A stretch of 31,698 bases of DNA from the IMG/VR virus record IMGVR_UViG_2565956729_000013, positions 1 through 31,698 of that record. One strand, given 5' to 3'. Within the stretch, counting starts at the first letter, position 1; the number at the start of each line of letters is the position of its first letter. Below the pieces are notes generated by a model. It saw only the letters and a program-made list of their open reading frames with translations. It searched no databases and was not told the DNA's origin. The translations under genes and the position numbers were made by a program. Below, piece by piece: positions 26,479 through 31,698 of this stretch. Source of the stretch: a virus (taxonomy: Duplodnaviria > Heunggongvirae > Uroviricota > Caudoviricetes).

Positions 26479-27303
26479 TTACTTCACCGGAACAAACGGA
26501 ACAGCGGTGTTGCTGGTCATGTATTGCGGCAGCGTGCCGTTCCATTTGTTGATTGCTTCCAGCTCCATAACGCCGGGATTCTGGCGCAGAGCTTCACCGC
26601 GTAAACGAATGGCGTCGGCTTCAGCCTGGGCTTTTGTGCGAATGGCATCAGCCTGTCCGGCAGCTTCTGCGCGCAACATGTTGGCTTCTGCTTCACGTTG
26701 CTTGACTTCCTGTTCGCGTTGCAGGGTTTTCTGGTTTGCCGTGACTTTGGCATTAATGCTGTCGATAACGGTTGACGGGTACTCCGGCTTACCCACATAT
26801 GAGAGGCTCATTACCTGAATACCGATGGGTGTCATTTCCTCCTGAATGTCTTTAAGAGCTGCATCCAGTAGTTCAGATTTCCCTCCGTCGATAAATTTGT
26901 CGGTGGTCATTTTGCTGGCCAGTCGGTTGAGTGCATCGGCGATCTTCTGGCGCAGGTCAGTGTCGGTAATGTCATCCACGCCTTTGCGGTAGGTCTGAAA
27001 CACTGTAGTAACTTTGGATGGATCAACCTTGTAGGCCACACCGATGTGATAGCCGATGGTTGTGCCGTCACTCATCTGGAAGCTGAACGGCTCATCGTAG
27101 GCCTTCATTTGTTTGAAGGTCGGGAAGATGTAAACCTCGGTATTCCAGCCAGTCCAGTAGCGGCCAACGCCAACCACTTCGCCGACGCCTTTGTCGTCGC
27201 CCAGTTTGTTGACTTTGATGCCCACATTACCTGGCTCAACGCGATCGCAACCAACCAGGAAGATGGCGGCAAAAAGCGGGATAACCGGAAAGAGTTTTTT
27301 CAT
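26479..27303 (-). CDS. SPFH/band-7 (stomatin/prohibitin-like) lipoprotein
   Basis: 274 aa; signal peptide with lipobox LVGC; SPFH-like core then Ala/Glu/Arg-rich coiled-coil tail; start overlaps upstream stop (ATGA). Confidence 0.8.
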   Translation of the reverse strand: MKKLFPVIPLFAAIFLVGCDRVEPGNVGIKVNKLGDDKGVGEVVGVGRYWTGWNTEVYIFPTFKQMKAYDEPFSFQMSDGTTIGYHIGVAYKVDPSKVTTVFQTYRKGVDDITDTDLRQKIADALNRLASKMTTDKFIDGGKSELLDAALKDIQEEMTPIGIQVMSLSYVGKPEYPSTVIDSINAKVTANQKTLQREQEVKQREAEANMLRAEAAGQADAIRTKAQAEADAIRLRGEALRQNPGVMELEAINKWNGTLPQYMTSNTAVPFVPVK

Positions 27304-27503
27304 GGTTTGATTTCCTCAATGTATTTACTGAAAAAGCGAACAACGCCTGCCGGGTACAGCATGGCAATGAAAATGCCCAGCAATACCAGGAAGGAGCTGT
27401 CTGATGAAATCATTCGGGGGAGTAGTCCTGCATACAGAATGAGAGAAACGAGGACGCATACCAGCGCCCACATGTATGCGCGAAACCAGGTCTTTTTGTT
27501 CAT
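27300..27503 (-). CDS. small two-helix membrane protein, coupled to the SPFH gene
   Basis: 67 aa with two hydrophobic segments; translationally coupled to downstream SPFH gene. Confidence 0.6.
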   Translation of the reverse strand: MNKKTWFRAYMWALVCVLVSLILYAGLLPRMISSDSSFLVLLGIFIAMLYPAGVVRFFSKYIEEIKP

Positions 27504-27514
27504 GCTGCGATCCC

Positions 27515-27814
27515 TTACTGGTTAAGGAAAAAATCAAAAACGTTATTGATGCGTTGTAATAACTCGCGCTGTATTGCTTCCGGTGTTTCCGGTTCGCCAG
27601 GTGAACCCAGCGTTGCGCAGAAATCAGCGATTTCATGATGGAGCGTCAGGCGAATGGCTGGAGCCATGGTTCTGGCGTGCTCCAGCTCATCCAGCAGTGC
27701 CAGCACAGCAGACGGCGAGAGCATTGCGCGAAACGCCAGTAATTTTTGATGCGTTGCCATTCGTTGCAGGCCAGTCGCCAGTTCGCGTAGCTTCTGGTGG
27801 TTGATGGTGCTCAT
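27515..27814 (-). CDS. hypothetical protein (99 aa)
   Basis: Start overlaps upstream stop (ATGA); part of the coupled early cassette. Confidence 0.55.
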   Translation of the reverse strand: MSTINHQKLRELATGLQRMATHQKLLAFRAMLSPSAVLALLDELEHARTMAPAIRLTLHHEIADFCATLGSPGEPETPEAIQRELLQRINNVFDFFLNQ

Positions 27815-28056
27815 GCTCTGGCTTCCTTCAGTAGCTGGTTAAACATGCGGGTGAGTGGGTTGCTGCACCCGAACGGCATCGGGTTTACCTGGTAAGAGAA
27901 CCGACCGCCTGTTTTGCGTTCTTCTCTGATGACTAAGCCGTCGCGCCAGAGTCGGCGTAACTCCGCATTAATGGTTGTGGTTGGGGTATTCAGTGCTGCG
28001 GCGATTTCTCCACCGCTACAACCCGGATTGGCGGCGATGTAGTCCAGAATGGTCAT
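27811..28056 (-). CDS. winged-helix DNA-binding protein (putative regulator)
   Basis: 81 aa; wHTH-like segment GEIAAALNTPTTTINAELRRLWRDGLV; ATGA coupling to the upstream gene. Confidence 0.55.
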   Translation of the reverse strand: MTILDYIAANPGCSGGEIAAALNTPTTTINAELRRLWRDGLVIREERKTGGRFSYQVNPMPFGCSNPLTRMFNQLLKEARA

Positions 28057-28256
28057 CTGCGTGACTCCTGTACCTGTCGGATAAGGTTCACCCGCGCCAC
28101 ATTCGTGGCGCAGAAGTAAGTGCCGTCAGTGAGATAGATGTGATGTGCATCTTTTTCTGAACGGTGTTTGTCGATAGTGGTAATCAGGCGTTCGTCGACC
28201 TCGTATTCGCGCCCTCTGGAGGTAAAGCGAACGACGGGAAAATGCTTAATTGCCAT
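28053..28256 (-). CDS. hypothetical protein (67 aa)
   Basis: ATG at 28256 (MAIKHFPVV...) with AAGAGAG RBS; track start at 28274 is TTG. Confidence 0.45.
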   Translation of the reverse strand: MAIKHFPVVRFTSRGREYEVDERLITTIDKHRSEKDAHHIYLTDGTYFCATNVARVNLIRQVQESRR

Positions 28257-28279
28257 TACGCTCTCTTTGTCCAATAGCC

Positions 28280-28690
28280 CTATGCGTTAAATACGGCACG
28301 TTGCGTGCCATCAATGAATACGGCCTGAGTGCGTTCTATCAGGCGGAGATTTGTCAGAACTTCTGACTCTCTTACGGGGTAAGGGGTAATCAGGTATTTG
28401 TCCTGCAATTCGGCGATAATGATGTATTGCTGTAGCTCCGAGCCAATAATATGAATAAGGTGTCCAATGTCAGATAAATTCAGTCTGGTGGTTGGTTGTG
28501 TTTTGAGAACCGTTAGTTCAGCATCCTGTTTTTCGATGATTTCGGCTGCTTCGGCGGTTATTCTTGTTATCATCATGGCCGTGGTGGCAGGCCCAATCAT
28601 TCCTGCATTTGTTGCATCCTGAATGGCTCTGTTTGCGGTCTCCGATATATTTTTTAGCGCAGTTACAATGCCTTTTTCTTTTGCGTTCAT
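28280..28690 (-). CDS. hypothetical protein (136 aa)
   Basis: GGAG RBS; preceded by ~95-bp AT-rich gap that may hold an internal promoter. Confidence 0.5.
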   Translation of the reverse strand: MNAKEKGIVTALKNISETANRAIQDATNAGMIGPATTAMMITRITAEAAEIIEKQDAELTVLKTQPTTRLNLSDIGHLIHIIGSELQQYIIIAELQDKYLITPYPVRESEVLTNLRLIERTQAVFIDGTQRAVFNA

Positions 28691-28783
28691 TTTTGTATCT
28701 CCGTTATTTACGTGTGCGAATACCTCCGCTAATGCGGATGGTTTTCACGTTTTCTTATTTAATCTGGTGTTTTGTTTGTGCTG

Positions 28784-28897
28784 TTATTCGTCAGAGAAAA
28801 AACGTTCAATCTTTTTCACTGAATGAATAATTCGCATAATCCCAATGGCGCAGGCCACCGAAATAATCAGAACAATCCATGACATAAATATACTCAT
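28784..28897 (-). CDS. small hydrophobic peptide (37 aa), putative
   Basis: Manually translated: MSIFMSWIVLIISVACAIGIMRIIHSVKKIERFFSDE; ATG overlaps upstream stop (ATGA); below track size cut-off. Confidence 0.35.
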   Translation of the reverse strand: MSIFMSWIVLIISVACAIGIMRIIHSVKKIERFFSDE

Positions 28898-29136
28898 GCG
28901 ATATTCCCCAGCTTATACGGTTCAATATGTTCTCCGCATTCTGCGGCGCAGACGAGTTCGGAAAGTTCGTTAAGTGCATCCAGATCATCAGCGTAAAAAG
29001 CCACGTCATACAGACTCCGGATTGCCCTGGTCAATGAGTCACGGGCTGCACGTTCAGCATGAGCGCCTGATGCACTTAAGCGAAAATAAAAACGCTCAAG
29101 TGCTTTGTTAATGAGAGTTTTATATTCTTTGCCCAT
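28894..29136 (-). CDS. hypothetical protein (80 aa)
   Basis: ORF in the early operon; 13-bp palindrome TTTTCCCGGAAAA just upstream. Confidence 0.5.
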   Translation of the reverse strand: MGKEYKTLINKALERFYFRLSASGAHAERAARDSLTRAIRSLYDVAFYADDLDALNELSELVCAAECGEHIEPYKLGNIA

Positions 29137-29156
29137 TGCATTTTCCCGGAAAACAA

Positions 29157-29411
29157 TTAAACAAAATCTCTTAATGGTTTACCTGATTCAATGCGCTCAA
29201 TTGCATCGTTAATGGCCATGTATGCGGCGTGATCACCTGCATAGCGTGCGCATTCCTGTAGTGACTTTAATCCGCTGATAGTATCGCTTTTTGCTTCCGA
29301 TAAAGGTTTCACCGTATTTAATGCATCACGGGCATTATTATCTATGAGTCGGTGTATGATAAGAGTGTAGGCCGAGGCTATCTCTACCATGTTTTTTGTC
29401 GTTGTTGCCAT
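29157..29411 (-). CDS. hypothetical protein (84 aa)
   Basis: Tightly packed early-operon ORF (3-nt gap to upstream gene). Confidence 0.5.
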   Translation of the reverse strand: MATTTKNMVEIASAYTLIIHRLIDNNARDALNTVKPLSEAKSDTISGLKSLQECARYAGDHAAYMAINDAIERIESGKPLRDFV

Positions 29412-29414
29412 TGG

Positions 29415-29765
29415 TTAATTCCCCCGTGGATGCTGAAAACTACGTCCTGCAATTAAGCGGTCAACCGTGCGTAGCGCTTCGTACAATGTAAAATCCTGTC
29501 CGAACTGATTGTCGCCGTTGCTCAGTGCAAAAATGCGGTTTCCGGTAAACGGATTGCGTGGGCATTTGTGGACCGCGATTCCAGCTTTCTCAATCAGCCA
29601 GGTGTGCTCGCCGATTTGTTTTACGGGGTAGCCATCCGGCGTTGCGTGTGTTTCGCTCAGGCTGTAGCGAGAGTTGCTGCGTGATGCACTGGTAGCGAAA
29701 CGGTTAGCATGGCGTTCTGCACCGTTGCGGAAGCGCTGCTGTGGAGAATTACGCCGCTCCTTCAT
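29415..29765 (-). CDS. hypothetical protein (116 aa)
   Basis: First ORF downstream of cox in the early operon. Confidence 0.5.
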   Translation of the reverse strand: MKERRNSPQQRFRNGAERHANRFATSASRSNSRYSLSETHATPDGYPVKQIGEHTWLIEKAGIAVHKCPRNPFTGNRIFALSNGDNQFGQDFTLYEALRTVDRLIAGRSFQHPRGN

Positions 29766-29802
29766 ATCAAAATACTCCGTCTAAAATGAATTATGGTTTG
29801 GG

Positions 29803-30228
29803 TTATGCTGCTTTACCGCTGATGTTTCTGTTTCGTCTGCCACTTGTTGGCTTAAACAAAAACAGACGGTTTTCCCAGTCGTGCCATTCCTGAGGTGCGT
29901 TTTCGATGAGGCGATCGCATGCTTCATCCCACGCTTTTCTGTTGATGTAGAGTTCAGCGTTTCCGCCTGGCTTGAGAGGGTCCGCCATATACACCGCAGG
30001 TAGCTTTCCTGCTTTTGCCATGCTTACGATGGCATCAACGGTCTTTCCGATATACATCGCAAATCCTTCTTTTGACAGGAGATGCGAGGGATTTTCTGAA
30101 AGTCGAATTTCTTCACGTTCACGTGCTTTGCGTCCTGTTTTTTGATGCTCACCTTCTGGCATTTCTGACAGGTGATCGCATCGTGTTCCGCAAAGTGACT
30201 CAGGCGCGTTTTGAGTGCTTTCTTGCAT
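29803..30228 (-). CDS. cox: Cox-like excisionase / early-promoter repressor
   Basis: GFAMYIGKTVDAIVSMAKAGKLPAVYMADP resembles recalled P2 Cox EFAKLIGKSTGAVRRMIDKGKLPVIDMTDP; ATG at 30228 has GGAGG RBS (alternative ATG at 30162); divergent from C. Confidence 0.7.
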   Translation of the reverse strand: MQESTQNAPESLCGTRCDHLSEMPEGEHQKTGRKAREREEIRLSENPSHLLSKEGFAMYIGKTVDAIVSMAKAGKLPAVYMADPLKPGGNAELYINRKAWDEACDRLIENAPQEWHDWENRLFLFKPTSGRRNRNISGKAA

Positions 30229-30342
30229 CTGATATCCTCCGCTATTGGTGCTTTTTCTAATTGGCACTAGTTGGAACCACTTAGAACATTTGTTTGCTGT
30301 TCATATGTGGTGTTAATCTACACATATGTAGGAGTTTGTCAA
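30229..30342. promoter_or_regulatory. immunity switch region (divergent early and repressor promoters, operator repeats)
   Basis: Three direct repeats at 10-bp phasing (TTGGCAC 30261, TTGGAAC 30271, TTAGAAC 30281) and inverted repeat CATATGTG-N11-CACATATG at 30302..30328; promoter hexamers not assigned. Confidence 0.55.
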
Positions 30343-30636
30343 ATGGACATTCCTCAAAAAATTCGCGTCATGCGTAAATCTGAAGATCTCACTCAGCGGG
30401 AATTCGCTGATATGATTGGGATTTCTTATTCTGCTCTGACCAGTTATGAGTATGGTCGTAACCTTCCTGGCCTTGAGATCACTATCAAGCTTTTCAAGCA
30501 CCCAAGATTTTCTAAATATCGCGACTGGTTTTTGTTTGATGAAGTTGAACCTAAGGCCGGGCAGGTTGTACCGGCTCTCGCACACATTGGGCAAAACGAA
30601 GCGGAATTATCCCGCTCCGGCAAGAAAACTGGTTAA
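30343..30636 (+). CDS. immunity repressor (P2 C-like)
   Basis: 97 aa; RVMRKSEDLTQREFADMIGISYSALTSYEYGR and C-terminal PALAHIGQNEAELSRSGKKTG resemble recalled P2 C; GGAG RBS. Confidence 0.8.
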   Translation: MDIPQKIRVMRKSEDLTQREFADMIGISYSALTSYEYGRNLPGLEITIKLFKHPRFSKYRDWFLFDEVEPKAGQVVPALAHIGQNEAELSRSGKKTG

Positions 30637-30702
30637 CGGTTCACCAGGCATTTATTTCCCAGAGCTGTGATCAAGATGATGTTTTCATTGGAGGGCTTCC
30701 TT

Positions 30703-31698
30703 ATGTCGATTAAGAAGCTCGCTAATGGCAAATTTTGTGTGGACGTGCGGCCAGCTGGATCAGAAGGAAAGAGATTCAGGCGGCGATTTGATACTCGTGG
30801 TGAGGCTGTTTTGTATGAGCGTCATGTATTGCAGCATTACCACGACAAAGGCTGGGTTGATAAGCCAACAGAACGGCGCTCGCTGAGGGAGTTGCTGGAT
30901 TGTTGGTGGTTGTATCACGGTAAAAATCATCCTTACGGTGCGATGGAGCGAGTGCGTATTGCTGCGGTCATTAGTGATCTTGAAAGTATTAATGTTACAC
31001 GCAGTGATCAACTTACTCGTAAAAACATAATTAATTATCGGTTATTGTTGCTTAACCGCGGAATAAAACAATCCACGGTTAATCGTTATTGCGCAATGAT
31101 GAGTGGTTTTTTCACAAAACTAATTGACGCAGAGGAATATTCTGGGGCTAATCCGTTTCATGATGTGAAAAAACTTAATATCAAACAGCCTGAAATGGCT
31201 TATTTGTATCATGAAGATATTCCACGATTACTGGAGTTGTTATTTGGTGATGAATTAAAAGCCGTCTTGTTGTGTCTGGCAACAGGTGGAAGATGGAGTG
31301 AAGTTGCAAATATCAAGGGGGAGCATGTTATTAGCGGCAAAGTCATTTTTATGGAAACCAAAAATGGGAAGCGTCGCGTTATACCTATATCGTCAGAACT
31401 GGAGTGTATGATTAAAACAAAGGCCACTGGTCGTTTAATTTATCCAAGTTATTCTGCTGTCAGAACGGCTATCAGAAAGGTGAGGCCCGATCTTCCTGAA
31501 GGGCAGTCGATACATGTTTTACGGCATACCTTTGCCACTCACTTCATGATTAATGGTGGGAATATCATCACTTTGCAGAGAATACTTGGACATAGCACTA
31601 TTCAGCAGACGATGACCTATGCCCATTTTGCACCGGATTATCTGCAGGATGCTGTGCGTTTTAATCCTGTGGCTGAGTTGTCCAGATATTGCCCATAA
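30703..31698 (+). CDS. int: tyrosine integrase (P2 Int-like)
   Basis: ATG at 30703 (MSIKKLANGKF...) with GGAGGG RBS; C-terminal HVLRHTFATHFMINGGNIITLQRILGHSTIQQTMTYAHFAPDYLQDA nearly matches recalled P2 Int; stop is the last 3 nt of the window. Confidence 0.9.
   Translation: MSIKKLANGKFCVDVRPAGSEGKRFRRRFDTRGEAVLYERHVLQHYHDKGWVDKPTERRSLRELLDCWWLYHGKNHPYGAMERVRIAAVISDLESINVTRSDQLTRKNIINYRLLLLNRGIKQSTVNRYCAMMSGFFTKLIDAEEYSGANPFHDVKKLNIKQPEMAYLYHEDIPRLLELLFGDELKAVLLCLATGGRWSEVANIKGEHVISGKVIFMETKNGKRRVIPISSELECMIKTKATGRLIYPSYSAVRTAIRKVRPDLPEGQSIHVLRHTFATHFMINGGNIITLQRILGHSTIQQTMTYAHFAPDYLQDAVRFNPVAELSRYCP

Larger units (their letters stand above)
1..31698. mobile_element. P2/HP1-like temperate myovirus prophage, near complete; left boundary outside window
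   Basis: Contiguous tail, lysis, head, packaging, replication, immunity and integrase modules; dense packing with ATGA/TAATG start-stop overlaps; protein similarities recalled for P2 O, N, M, L, P, Q, Ogr, A, Cox, C, Int. Confidence 0.85.

Noticed and set aside
1-31698. CRISPR arrays, tRNA or rRNA genes, attachment-site core
   Set aside because: No spacer-repeat periodicity or tRNA-like cloverleaf noticed; the integrase ends at the last base of the window, so attP/attR would lie just outside.

Overview
This window is almost entirely one temperate P2/HP1-type (Peduoviridae-like) myovirus prophage, probably in an enterobacterial host; the right end stops exactly at the integrase stop codon and the left end runs off the window. 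All calls come from reading the ORF translations and DNA by eye; homology statements are from recalled family signatures, not from searches. The minus strand carries, left to right: a partial unknown ORF, two tail-fibre genes flanking a fibre assembly chaperone, baseplate genes, tape measure, a tail chaperone with a -1 frameshift extension, endolysin and holin, tube and sheath, head-tail completion genes, and P2-like head genes L, M, N, O. Terminase P and portal Q are divergent on the plus strand, followed by an Ogr-type zinc-finger activator and a strong terminator. Then come an AT-rich accessory island (Rrf2 regulator plus unknown ORF), a ParM/ParR actin-type partition module with centromere-like repeats, replication gene A, an early operon of small unknown genes including a tightly coupled cassette ending in a small membrane protein and an SPFH/band-7 lipoprotein, and the cox/C immunity switch and integrase. 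The gene order is HP1-like (portal next to the replication region) rather than canonical P2. The best candidates for an undescribed accessory system are the SPFH cassette and the ParMRC locus. No tRNA, rRNA or CRISPR array was seen; cos and att sites were not identified.
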